Part shown: in pieces, positions 1 through 9,125 of the stretch | Position numbering within the stretch: the first letter of the stretch is position 1 | How the letters are laid out: each line of letters begins with the position of its first letter | Source of the DNA: Clostridiales bacterium | Lineage (GTDB): Bacteria > Bacillota > Clostridia > Christensenellales > CAG-314 | Length of the DNA stretch: 64,000 nt | Direction: 5' to 3' | NCBI GenBank assembly: GCA_022508325.1 | Contig: JAFLVL010000001.1 | Location: 2,328 to 66,327 of the forward strand | Position numbers and translations under genes: made by a program | Notes under the pieces: generated by a model | The model's database searches: none | Told to the model about the DNA's origin: nothing | What the model saw: the letters and a program-made list of their open reading frames with translations, nothing else

Positions 1-8
1 ACCTGCTT

Positions 9-827
9 TTAGTCAATATTTTTATTCCAAATTTCATCAATAGCATTTTTTGTTGACTCTCGCGCTGCAGTCAACGGCAGTCGCACCTCATAACTTCGAA
101 ATACGCCTTTTTTGTAAAGCATATATTTGATAGGGATAGGGCTAACCTCTCGCATTGTCAAATTCGCCAGTTTGTTAAATAAGCAATCGTCGCCACCTTC
201 CAAAACGTCCCTAGTCAACCGTGGCGCAACGTTAGACACAACGGAAATCACGCCAATAGCTCCTTTTTCAAGAAATTGTGTCAACATACCGTCATTTCCG
301 CACAGCACACTAGAGCTTTGCGCAATATTAGCGGTGTAGTCGAGGTCGCTACCTGCGTCTTTTACAAAATGAACTCTGTCTGACAGACTTTTGACAACTT
401 CAGCGTTCAACTGATATCCACAGCGGCTCGGCGCGTTGTAGAGTATCAGTGGCACGGACACGCATTTTAAAATTTCTTCAACGTGTAGACGGTATCCTTC
501 CGAGGTACACTTGCAAAAACTTGGCGGTGCAACGAGAATTCCGTCCGCGCCGAGCTTTTGCGCATTTTCCGCCTCTTGCACGGCATCGTGAGTAGAGCGC
601 CCCTCGATACCGACGTATACAGGCACATCGCCCGCCATTGCTTTGGCAATATTTATCAGCAATTTCTTTTCGCAGTCGTCGAGTAACTGCGCCTCGGCAG
701 TCGTACCCACGGCAAGCAAGGCGTCCACACTCTGTTCAAGCTGAAACGCTATCAATTTCTCGTAGCTAAGCTTGTCAATTTTGCCGTCAATGTAGGGTGT
801 GGCAAGCGCGGTAATTAACTTATTCAT
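9..827 (-). CDS. dapA: 4-hydroxy-tetrahydrodipicolinate synthase
   Basis: Track ORF 9..842. DapA/NAL aldolase-family sequence (GTTAEAQLL, GADGILVAPP, ILYNAP, VKDAGSD). GGAGG sits 7 nt upstream of the second ATG (827), so the start is placed there. It overlaps the asd stop by 8 nt, suggesting an asd-dapA operon. Confidence 0.9.
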   Translation of the reverse strand: MNKLITALATPYIDGKIDKLSYEKLIAFQLEQSVDALLAVGTTAEAQLLDDCEKKLLINIAKAMAGDVPVYVGIEGRSTHDAVQEAENAQKLGADGILVAPPSFCKCTSEGYRLHVEEILKCVSVPLILYNAPSRCGYQLNAEVVKSLSDRVHFVKDAGSDLDYTANIAQSSSVLCGNDGMLTQFLEKGAIGVISVVSNVAPRLTRDVLEGGDDCLFNKLANLTMREVSPIPIKYMLYKKGVFRSYEVRLPLTAARESTKNAIDEIWNKNID

Positions 828-1806
828 TGCAGTGGCCTCCATTGTATTTCAACGCTTCCGTCAGAATTTCCAATGCGTTGTAGCTTGCCCCGCGCAGTAA
901 ATTGTCTGCCACAACGAAGAAGTTAATTGCGTTTGCCGTTGGGTCTTTCGTAATGCGTCCCACGCCGACGTATTTGGTATTGCGGAGCATTATTGGCATG
1001 GGGTATATTCCGTTTTCGGCATCGTCAAATAGCAATACGTTGGGTGCGTTTCTGAGTAAATCTCTGATTTTAGCTAAGTTCACCTTTTCCTTCAAATGCA
1101 AATTGACGAACACTCCGTGTCCGACCGTTATGGGAATTCTGGCGCAAAAGCTGTTTACTTTAAGGCGAGGCAATCGCAGAATTTTTCGGCTTTCGTAGAC
1201 GAGCTTATGCTCCTCGTCGGTGAAGCCGTCTTCTTCGACTTTACCAATGCATGGAATCAAATTATCGTATATGGGGTGAGAAAAACACTGTAATTTGCCA
1301 TAACAGCGTTGTTGTGTCAAGTCGGTGATACCTGCTTTCCCTGCGCCGCTCACAGCCTGATAAGTCACCGCTGTCATCTTAGTCGGTTGCATTTCCATAA
1401 GGGCGTTGATTGCAATCACGACCTGAATGGTGGAACAGTTCGGATTGGCGATTAGTTTTTTGCCCTTAATCAATTCGCCGTTTATACAGGGCACAACGAG
1501 CGGCACGTCGCGATCAAGCCTGAACGCCGAGCTGTTGTCGATACAGGTGACGCCCTGACGCACGAGTTTCGGTATGTATTCTTTTGCCACGTCGTTGGTT
1601 GCCATAAATAGCGCGTAGTCAATCCCGCCGTTCAAAAGTCTTTCACAACTTTCGATAATTGTCGGTCTGTTTCGAAAAATCACGCGCGTCCCCACCGAGC
1701 TATTGCCAAAAAGCCGCACGTTGATATTCGGCAGTCTGTCTGAAAGTAGATCCACAAGTTTGTCGCCTACAAGTCCGCAAGCGCCCACGATAGCGATAGT
1801 TTTCAT
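820..1806 (-). CDS. asd: aspartate-semialdehyde dehydrogenase
   Basis: 328-aa ORF with Rossmann N-terminus MKTIAIVGACGLVG, active-site region NPNCSTIQ and SGAGKAG. Typical short Asd. Confidence 0.9.
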   Translation of the reverse strand: MKTIAIVGACGLVGDKLVDLLSDRLPNINVRLFGNSSVGTRVIFRNRPTIIESCERLLNGGIDYALFMATNDVAKEYIPKLVRQGVTCIDNSSAFRLDRDVPLVVPCINGELIKGKKLIANPNCSTIQVVIAINALMEMQPTKMTAVTYQAVSGAGKAGITDLTQQRCYGKLQCFSHPIYDNLIPCIGKVEEDGFTDEEHKLVYESRKILRLPRLKVNSFCARIPITVGHGVFVNLHLKEKVNLAKIRDLLRNAPNVLLFDDAENGIYPMPIMLRNTKYVGVGRITKDPTANAINFFVVADNLLRGASYNALEILTEALKYNGGHCNE

Positions 1807-1929
1807 AAATCTCCTTTGTATAAGTTATGAAGGTAAATATAAAAGATTTATAAATATCAAGAAAATAATTGAAATTTTCGTATGTTTTTGTTATACTGTA
1901 TATAATTCTCTTCACAAGGAAAACTGTAT

Positions 1930-2823
1930 ATGGATTACAGCAAAATCAGATTAAACAACGAACGGAACGAGCACGTCACCAAACGGCTTAACAGACTCAG
2001 CGCCTGGAAGTTTTTCCGCGTGCTTAATCGCGATAACGTCTGGCGCTTGATTGGTTTCAGCTTTTTGATGGTGTTGTGTCTCGTGCCACTTTTTGCGATG
2101 ATAGTTTTGGGCAGTATCAATTTGTCGGGTTTGGAGCAAACGTTGCCAACTCTCAACAGCTTCGGATTCTCCACGGGCGTGTGGAGCGGTGTTGCCGACT
2201 ACTATAACCATCAGGCAATGCTGAGTAGAATTCAGACTGCTTTTTTTGCCCTCAGTGCGTCGTTACTCGCAACGATAATTCTTTCAGGCGGTTTTGCTGT
2301 CATTCGCGACGCATTTTGGACGGGCAAGCTTTCCACAGTCGGTGTATTCAGAAGTATGTGGAAGGGCATCAAGGCAAATATCGTTTACGCTTTCATTTCC
2401 ACCTTGCTCATCGCGGCGTCAGTTTTCGGCATTTACGTGTTCTGTCTTTGGGCGCAACTCACTTTACCTGTTTGGGCAACGGTCATTTGCGCCATCGCCT
2501 TGTCGATTGTGGCAATGTTTTTGGGTGTATATCTGCTGATACTGTGCTCTGTTTCTGTCACGTACAAGCAGAGCGTCTTTGAGAACCTTGACGACAGCTG
2601 GCGTTTGATGTGGTTGAACATTTTGCCAAATATCGTTCACTTTTTGGTGGCGCTCCTTCCAATTCCGCTGTATTTCGTATTCCAAGGCAGCTTGTTACAA
2701 ATGATTTATTTGACGCTCATACTAATGTTCGGCGGTATGTATTTCCCCTTCGTATGGCAGACGCACATGATGAAAACGTTTGCGCTGTTTCACCCTGTTG
2801 AAGCGAAGAAAAAGAACAAATAA
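1930..2823 (+). CDS. polytopic membrane protein, YesL/DUF624-like, function unknown
   Basis: 297-aa ORF with about 6 hydrophobic helices. N-terminal region resembles DUF624 proteins from memory. Lys-rich C-terminus. Confidence 0.6.
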   Translation: MDYSKIRLNNERNEHVTKRLNRLSAWKFFRVLNRDNVWRLIGFSFLMVLCLVPLFAMIVLGSINLSGLEQTLPTLNSFGFSTGVWSGVADYYNHQAMLSRIQTAFFALSASLLATIILSGGFAVIRDAFWTGKLSTVGVFRSMWKGIKANIVYAFISTLLIAASVFGIYVFCLWAQLTLPVWATVICAIALSIVAMFLGVYLLILCSVSVTYKQSVFENLDDSWRLMWLNILPNIVHFLVALLPIPLYFVFQGSLLQMIYLTLILMFGGMYFPFVWQTHMMKTFALFHPVEAKKKNK

Positions 2824-2851
2824 CAATCAATAAGAACAAAAAAAAGTAAAC

Positions 2852-3574
2852 ATGGGTTCAAATTATTCCGTTTTAGCTAAATATTACGATAGGTTTACAC
2901 AAAATGATTGCGACTACGTAAGTTGGTCGCAATATTTGTATCGCGTGGGCAAAGATTGCGGAGCAAAAGAGGTCGTAGATATCGCCTGCGGCACAGGCAA
3001 AATGACGAAATTGCTGGTTGAACAGGGATTGAAAGCCATCGGCATAGATGATAGTGTAGAAATGTTGAACGTCGCGCGAACGAAGTGCAAGGCGGTATTC
3101 GTAAAGCAAGATATGCGCAGTCTGGAGTTGCCGCACCCTGTGGATATGGCGGTATGCGTCAACGACGGTGTAAATTATTTGAAACCAAGCGAGCTATCGG
3201 GCTTTTTCAAACGCGTATCGTCTAGTCTCAAAGCCGGCGCGCCATTCGTTTTCGACGTGTCGTCACCCTACAAATTGCAAACAGTAATAGGGAACAACGT
3301 TTTCTATCTCGACGAAGAGAAGGAGACGTTGTTGTGGAGCAATGTTCTAGCGGAAAACTGTGTAGAAATGAACCTCACGCTTTTTGTAGACGATGGCAAC
3401 GGCAAATACGTGCGTTTCGACGAACAGCATACGCAATACGTTCACACTGACGAACAAATCGTGGCGGCGTTAGAGTCCGCAGACTTCGAACTGCGCGAAA
3501 TTACCGCAGATTACGGGCAGAGTGTAGCTGAAAACTCTCTGCGTAGGTGTTACTACGCTCAAAAGACTAAATAG
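2852..3574 (+). CDS. class I SAM-dependent methyltransferase
   Basis: 240-aa ORF with SAM motif I VVDIACGTGKMT. Substrate not inferable. Confidence 0.8.
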   Translation: MGSNYSVLAKYYDRFTQNDCDYVSWSQYLYRVGKDCGAKEVVDIACGTGKMTKLLVEQGLKAIGIDDSVEMLNVARTKCKAVFVKQDMRSLELPHPVDMAVCVNDGVNYLKPSELSGFFKRVSSSLKAGAPFVFDVSSPYKLQTVIGNNVFYLDEEKETLLWSNVLAENCVEMNLTLFVDDGNGKYVRFDEQHTQYVHTDEQIVAALESADFELREITADYGQSVAENSLRRCYYAQKTK

Positions 3575-3585
3575 GCAGGTGCAAA

Positions 3586-4449
3586 ATGTCAATATTGACT
3601 AAGGCAATCATTCAAAATTCCGTCGTGGTTAGCGCGGTGGAAAGCAAAGATATAGTAAACAAAGCAATCAAACTTCACAATTTGTCGCCGATAGCCGCGG
3701 CAGCGTTGGGGCGCGCCCTCACGATGGCGGCTCTCATGGGTAAGGAGCTTAAAAACGAGCAAGATTATCTCACCGTAACCATTGACGGCGGTGGACCTCT
3801 TGGCAAAATAACCGTATGCTCTGACGGACTCGGTCACGTCAAGGGTTGTGTCGATAATCCCGTTGCTGAGACTATTTTACACGAGGACGGACGCATAGAC
3901 GTAGGTTCGGCAGTAGGGCGTGACGGACAAATCACCGTAATCAAAGATATTGGTTTGAAACAACCCTACGTCGGCACGTCTAAGATTGTCAGCGGCGAAA
4001 TTGCGTCTGACTTTGCATATTATTACGCTACAAGTGAGCAACAGCCGTGCGGCGTAACGTTGGGCGTAGGACTTGATAAGCGTCGTTGCAAGTCTGCAGG
4101 TGGCGTGTTCGTGCAGGTAATGCCGAATTGCCCAAGCGAATTGCTTTTCCAACTGGAAACGATAATGTACGCAATGGACGAGATGAGCTATCAGTTTGAC
4201 GGCAGCACGGCAAAGGAAGTTATCAACCGCTTTTTCGGTCAGCTGGAACCGGAATTTACCGAAAGCGTGGAGATTAGCTATAAATGCAACTGCGGCAAGC
4301 GAAAAATTGACCGCGTAGTGAAGGGACTCGGCAAGAACGAAGCGAACAGTATCGTCAGTGAACTGGGCAAAGTGGAGGTTTGCTGTCACTTTTGTGGCAA
4401 AAAGTACGTCTACGACCAAGAGGCTATTGACAAATTGTTTAGTAAATGA
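3586..4449 (+). CDS. hslO: redox-regulated chaperone Hsp33
   Basis: 287-aa ORF with the C-terminal zinc switch C-x-C ... C-x2-C (YKCNCG ... CCHFCGKKY) typical of Hsp33. Confidence 0.9.
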   Translation: MSILTKAIIQNSVVVSAVESKDIVNKAIKLHNLSPIAAAALGRALTMAALMGKELKNEQDYLTVTIDGGGPLGKITVCSDGLGHVKGCVDNPVAETILHEDGRIDVGSAVGRDGQITVIKDIGLKQPYVGTSKIVSGEIASDFAYYYATSEQQPCGVTLGVGLDKRRCKSAGGVFVQVMPNCPSELLFQLETIMYAMDEMSYQFDGSTAKEVINRFFGQLEPEFTESVEISYKCNCGKRKIDRVVKGLGKNEANSIVSELGKVEVCCHFCGKKYVYDQEAIDKLFSK

Positions 4450-6161
4450 CAATAGAGATTAACAACAACGTAAGAATGACAGCCGCGCTGGACAAAGTTG
4501 CAGAGGGCAAGTATTTCGATGCCCTCTGTCTTTTTGCGCGCGTAGACAGCTATGAGAGCGTTCTCAATCAAATAGGCTGTCTGTGCCACCTTCACGATAC
4601 AGGCTATGCTGTAGAGCTGTACCGCCGATTGCTAGCCAAATATTACTTTACACACAATCTTTACCGTGACCTCAGTAGGGTTAGCTCTCAAGCGGTGGAT
4701 TTACTCGGCTTTTTCGATAGCGAGCTAGATGCGGACGCATTTGACGAGAACAAAATATCGGCGGACGGGAAGTTACTTGGCGACTTTGAAATTGACGATT
4801 TCGACGATGAAGAATTTTTGGAAGAATTTGAAGAGCCGTTGCGTGAGAAGAGCTTTTGCGACATTCGCTCGTCGGAATATTTTTTCAGATTGGTGGAGCG
4901 TCTTCATGACGAGACGGAAAAAGGCAATTTGAAAAATGCGAGAACGCTAACCGACGAATTATTGGAGTTCAATTCTAATGACGAAACTGTGCTAGAGGGG
5001 CAGATGCTTTTGTGCCTTGCCGAACGCGATTTCGACAGGGGCGCAGAATATGCCGAGAGGTTTGCCGCGTTGGAACACAGTAATAGCTACCGCGGAATAG
5101 CCGTCGCTGTGGGTATTTTGTCGGCGACGAATAAGCATAATGAAACACTCAAAAATATGCTTGCACAGCTAATAGAATTTGCCGACGAAATCACCGACAG
5201 CGACTTGATAGAGTACGTGGAAATCGCCGAGAGTTGCTTTGACAACAGCGAATTAACAGGCAAGCTCGCGGAGATTTTGTATGCTCGTCACAAGGACGTC
5301 GGATGCGAGGCATTGCGGAGCTGTACGCGCATATTTTGCAATATGGGGTGGAAAAAACAGGCTAAGGGCGCTGTTTTGACACTATTGAATGCCGTTCCTT
5401 GGGATAGCTACGCGGCTGTTTTACTCCGATATATTGACAGCGACATTAACGTCAAATTAGACAAGTCATTCAGCAACTTAACTTTGTTGCGCCACCTTGA
5501 CGTGCCGACACAGCTTGCAGTTATTTCCGAGTATCGTCTGATACAACGTATAGAGAACGAAATGGCCGGCGGTGAAGAGTGTATTTTGCATACCGACGAC
5601 TATAATTTACTGCACTGTATCGCCAACGTTTGCAAAACGCATGTGTACCGTGGCAATTCGGAAAAATTCGTCAACGACGCGACGGTGCTGGCAACTATTC
5701 TTTTCTCTTTCATGCCCGAAAACGCGGGAGAATTCTATGACTTTGCCAAGCAACAGCTCTGTTCGTTTATGCCGGAGCCGCCTGTGCAAAAAGATATTTT
5801 ACTGCGACTAATCAAACTCGGCTATTGCGACAGACTCCTAATCAGCGCAAATAAGACTTACTATTCTCTGGACCTATCGAAAGTGACGGTTTTTGACGAG
5901 GCTTTTCTGGACGCCTTGTCTCTGTGCGCAGTTTTGAGGAAGGTTGACGCGCGTCGCCTGCAACGCAATTACCTAAAAATTAAAGAAATAGCAGACGTGA
6001 AGGAAGTATATGACGATGGCGACGCCAGATACAGCCTCACGCATAAACTGGCATATTGCCTGCTCGCCGTCACCTACAAAGATTTTGCTAAAAGCCAAAT
6101 TGCCGAATACTTTGGCGAAGGTGACGACGCGTTGTACCTGGATTATCTTTCGCGTATCTAA
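4446..6161 (+). CDS. hypothetical protein (helical-repeat-like, acidic tract)
   Basis: 571-aa ORF whose start overlaps the hslO stop (ATGA). No family recognised. Contains acidic run DFEIDDFDDEEFLEEFEE. Confidence 0.7.
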   Translation: MTIEINNNVRMTAALDKVAEGKYFDALCLFARVDSYESVLNQIGCLCHLHDTGYAVELYRRLLAKYYFTHNLYRDLSRVSSQAVDLLGFFDSELDADAFDENKISADGKLLGDFEIDDFDDEEFLEEFEEPLREKSFCDIRSSEYFFRLVERLHDETEKGNLKNARTLTDELLEFNSNDETVLEGQMLLCLAERDFDRGAEYAERFAALEHSNSYRGIAVAVGILSATNKHNETLKNMLAQLIEFADEITDSDLIEYVEIAESCFDNSELTGKLAEILYARHKDVGCEALRSCTRIFCNMGWKKQAKGAVLTLLNAVPWDSYAAVLLRYIDSDINVKLDKSFSNLTLLRHLDVPTQLAVISEYRLIQRIENEMAGGEECILHTDDYNLLHCIANVCKTHVYRGNSEKFVNDATVLATILFSFMPENAGEFYDFAKQQLCSFMPEPPVQKDILLRLIKLGYCDRLLISANKTYYSLDLSKVTVFDEAFLDALSLCAVLRKVDARRLQRNYLKIKEIADVKEVYDDGDARYSLTHKLAYCLLAVTYKDFAKSQIAEYFGEGDDALYLDYLSRI

Positions 6162-6200
6162 AGGCTCTAAATAACTTTACAAGCTCAAGACATTCAAATT

Positions 6201-7232
6201 TCACAAGCCTTTCGTATTGCTTCGTACTCCCTCCCTTACACAGGGAGGGCATTTTGTTGCCTTGCCAATCTTCTTTTTACTGATTTGTTTTACTGTTGTG
6301 AAAACAAATATCAACGCGCCCATTACGCTGACAAGCAGATAGCCGACTTTGACTGCGAAATCGAACCCGAACATGGAGAAAGCCAGCGCAAATCCGAACG
6401 TTATCGCGCAACACAAGGTTTTGTCGGGGATAACGCTATACAAATACTGCGCGATAGGGTAGGCGTTTGCAATTATTCCTGTGACTGCCGATATTAGTAG
6501 CGTCACCAACGCGAATCCAAGCAAAAATACGTTGGTTATTCCGCCAATCGTGGGCATTGCGGCGTTAAATTTGCACGTTGGCAGAACCATCAGCATCAAC
6601 GCAGTCAAAATTACCGACGACAGCAGTGTAGAGATTAAATTTTCTTTTTTCGAGCTGTCAACTGCCAGCTTTGTGACCACGCCGAGCGACATTGTGAGGG
6701 AGAATAGAGCGTAGAGTATGGGTTGATAGAGCGGCACTTGCAAATCTTCTACGTAGTCGCCTTTGCGCGTAGCAAATAATACCGCTATCAGCGCGATAGC
6801 CATCAAAACGGCAACGACATTTGCGACTTTTAATGCCGACATACCTTTATTGAGAAGTAACGATGCAATCAACGCCGCAAAAAATGCATAAAGCGGCAGT
6901 TTCGACCCAAGATTGAAAATGCTACCTAGACATTGCTCAACCCCTGCGAGCACTGTCACAATGCACACGAATGAGCACAGCGCAATCAAAGTGTCGAATA
7001 GCGTAGGGTGTCTCCACAGGCTTACGTTCAGACTGTGAACGTCGTCGCAGCGGTGTTTGCGGCAGTATTCCCGTACTGCGAAATTCACAACGAAAAACAC
7101 GACGCAAAATATTATTGCGTTGAATCTGTTTCCGAAAAATACTTGCGCCTCTTTACCGCTGATAAATCCCACGCCTACACAGCATCCGACCGTCACCGCC
7201 ACGTCGCACGCTAGCTGCAATATTTTTTTCAT
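6201..7232 (-). CDS. YkvI-family membrane transporter-like protein
   Basis: 343-aa polytopic ORF. N-terminal GVGFISGKEAQVFF resembles the YkvI-family GAGFASGQE motif. Confidence 0.65.
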   Translation of the reverse strand: MKKILQLACDVAVTVGCCVGVGFISGKEAQVFFGNRFNAIIFCVVFFVVNFAVREYCRKHRCDDVHSLNVSLWRHPTLFDTLIALCSFVCIVTVLAGVEQCLGSIFNLGSKLPLYAFFAALIASLLLNKGMSALKVANVVAVLMAIALIAVLFATRKGDYVEDLQVPLYQPILYALFSLTMSLGVVTKLAVDSSKKENLISTLLSSVILTALMLMVLPTCKFNAAMPTIGGITNVFLLGFALVTLLISAVTGIIANAYPIAQYLYSVIPDKTLCCAITFGFALAFSMFGFDFAVKVGYLLVSVMGALIFVFTTVKQISKKKIGKATKCPPCVREGVRSNTKGL

Positions 7233-7353
7233 ATTTCTTTCTATTGCGCTTACAATAAAATTATGAATAATATGTGATTTATTTTCATACGCTCGGGCAG
7301 TTAACGAGGCAGTTCATTTGCACTGAGTTTATTTGCTTTAAATCAAAATAAAG

Positions 7354-7422
7354 CCGCAAAGTTAGGGCGTGTACCTAACCTTTGCGACCTTGTGGGTATC
7401 ATGGGTAACTCCCAAGTCCGAC
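7354..7422 (-). repeat. conserved core shared with 27313..27433 (39 nt identical plus a 27-nt related block)
   Basis: The reverse complement of 7354..7392 equals 27395..27433 exactly. It contains the hairpin GCAAAGGTTAGG/CCTAACTTTGC followed by a T-rich tract on the minus strand. Confidence 0.8.
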
Positions 7423-7447
7423 TTCATTAGAGCCATTTTCTTATGTC

Positions 7448-7524
7448 GGCTCGGGTGTTCGGATTGGCGACATCGTGCAACGCTAGGCGCCAATTCGAAT
7501 ACCCGAGCCGAGTGTGTTCGGATA
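7448..7524 (-). repeat. nested-hairpin intergenic repeat, copy F plus abutting partial arm
   Basis: Reverse complement reads GGCTCGGGTATTCG-AATTGGCG..CGCCAATC-CGAACACCCGAGCC. An extra arm at 7510..7524 directly abuts the permease stop codon (7525..7527). Confidence 0.8.
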
Positions 7525-8325
7525 TTAAAATTTTTTTACGACTATTTTCTCCAGAATTGAAACAATCGCGTACATTACTCCCGCAAGCACGCACAGCACA
7601 ATCGTGCAGGTCATCACCAGGTCCAGTCTGAACACCTGTGAGCCGTAGACGAGCAGATATCCTAGTCCTTCTTTTGACACAAGGTACTCGCCCATGATTG
7701 AGCCTATCCACGCCATGCCGACGTTAATTTTCAGCGTTGCCATAAGTGTCGGCACGTTCGCGGGCGCTACAAGCTTTGTGAATATTTGAAATCTGTTCGC
7801 CCGCATTGAGCGTAACAGCAGAGCTTTTTCTTTGTCCGTTTCCAGAAAGCCGTTGAGTATAGTGATGGTGGTGATGACTACTGAGATAAGCACCGCCATG
7901 GTAATTATCGACGCTTTGCCTGTGCCTGCCCAGATGATGATTATCGGACCTAGGGCAATCTTTGGCAGACTGTTCAGCACAACCACGTACGGTTCAAAGA
8001 CGTCCTTTAGGAAGTTATTCCACCACAGTATCACGGCAATCAAATACCCTAGCACAGTTCCTATGACAAATCCTGCCAGCGTCTCTAGAGTAGAGACTGC
8101 GGCGTGGTGCCACAGCGTACCGTTGCCAATCAGCTCGATTAGTGTATTCCAAATTCTCGACGGACTACTTGTAATAAAACTGTCAATCCACTCCAATTGC
8201 GCGGCTAATTCCCATAAGGCAAGCGCGACAATCAAAACGCCGATTTGCGTCACGTGTACCAGAATTTTTCGTGTCTTTTGTGCTCGTAAAAAGAGCAAAT
8301 GCTCTCGTGTAAAGGTGTTTTTCAT
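7525..8325 (-). CDS. ABC transporter permease (NitT/TauT family)
   Basis: 266-aa ORF with 6 TM and a conserved permease loop region (LLRSMRANRFQIFTKLVAPANVP). Overlaps the upstream ATPase gene. Confidence 0.85.
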   Translation of the reverse strand: MKNTFTREHLLFLRAQKTRKILVHVTQIGVLIVALALWELAAQLEWIDSFITSSPSRIWNTLIELIGNGTLWHHAAVSTLETLAGFVIGTVLGYLIAVILWWNNFLKDVFEPYVVVLNSLPKIALGPIIIIWAGTGKASIITMAVLISVVITTITILNGFLETDKEKALLLRSMRANRFQIFTKLVAPANVPTLMATLKINVGMAWIGSIMGEYLVSKEGLGYLLVYGSQVFRLDLVMTCTIVLCVLAGVMYAIVSILEKIVVKKF

Positions 8326-9068
8326 GTGTTTTCTCCGTGCAGATATTTGTGTAACAGCTCAAACTGCTTGGAAAATGACGGATCTTGACGGCGTAAAAGG
8401 GGCGTTTCGATGTCGGCTAGCCCTGTTTCGTGAATTGTGAGCACGGTAGATGGGCGGTTGGTCAACACGACGATTCTGTCCGCAAGAGAAATTGCCTCGG
8501 ATATGTCGTGAGTGACGAGTAGCGCCGTTTTATGCTCTGACTTGATTATCGAATACACGTCGTCGCACACTTCCAGCCTTGTCTGAAAGTCCAAAGCCGA
8601 GAAAGGCTCGTCAAGTAGCAGTAGGTCGGGATTGGTTGCAAGAGTGCGAATCAGCGCCGCTCGTTGCCGCATTCCGCCGGAAATTTCCTGAGGGTAGTGC
8701 CGACGGAATTCCCACAGCCCGTATTTTTTGAGCAATTCATCTGCGTAGGCTTTTGTCTCAGAATTGTATTTATGCATTATCTCCAAGCCGAGATAAACGT
8801 TTTTCTCAATCGTACGCCATTCAAAAAGCTGGTCGCGTTGCAGCATGTAACCGACGGCATTGTCGTTTGCTGTAACAATACGCCCGCCTGTCGGTTCAAT
8901 CAGTCTGCATATTAGCGACAGTATCGTAGTCTTGCCACAGCCCGACGGTCCGATAATCGCCACAAACTCTCCTTCTTGAACGTCGAAGGAGAGGTGCGAT
9001 ACCGCAGTCGTCTGTTGCGTCTTTGAGTAAAAAACTTTTGATACGTCTTGTAGTTCAAGTATTGTCAT
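8322..9068 (-). CDS. ABC transporter ATP-binding protein (NitT/TauT family)
   Basis: Walker A GPSGCGKTT, signature ISGGMRQRAALIR, Walker B LLLLDEPFSALD. Confidence 0.9.
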   Translation of the reverse strand: MTILELQDVSKVFYSKTQQTTAVSHLSFDVQEGEFVAIIGPSGCGKTTILSLICRLIEPTGGRIVTANDNAVGYMLQRDQLFEWRTIEKNVYLGLEIMHKYNSETKAYADELLKKYGLWEFRRHYPQEISGGMRQRAALIRTLATNPDLLLLDEPFSALDFQTRLEVCDDVYSIIKSEHKTALLVTHDISEAISLADRIVVLTNRPSTVLTIHETGLADIETPLLRRQDPSFSKQFELLHKYLHGENT

Positions 9069-9125
9069 CGGTTAGTACTCCTGCTCGCAAAATGAGGCTT
9101 TTTCTCACCCCATGTCGCGTTTTAG

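Noticed and set aside
2800-2823. Three unrelated proteins end in similar Lys-rich tails: AKKKNK (2823), QKKKNKTV (15330) and TKKNKTK (49414).
   Set aside because: This is most simply explained by A-rich sequence near gene ends in an AT-leaning genome. The tails are short and low-complexity with no shared flanking nucleotide repeat. It is noted only as a curiosity.
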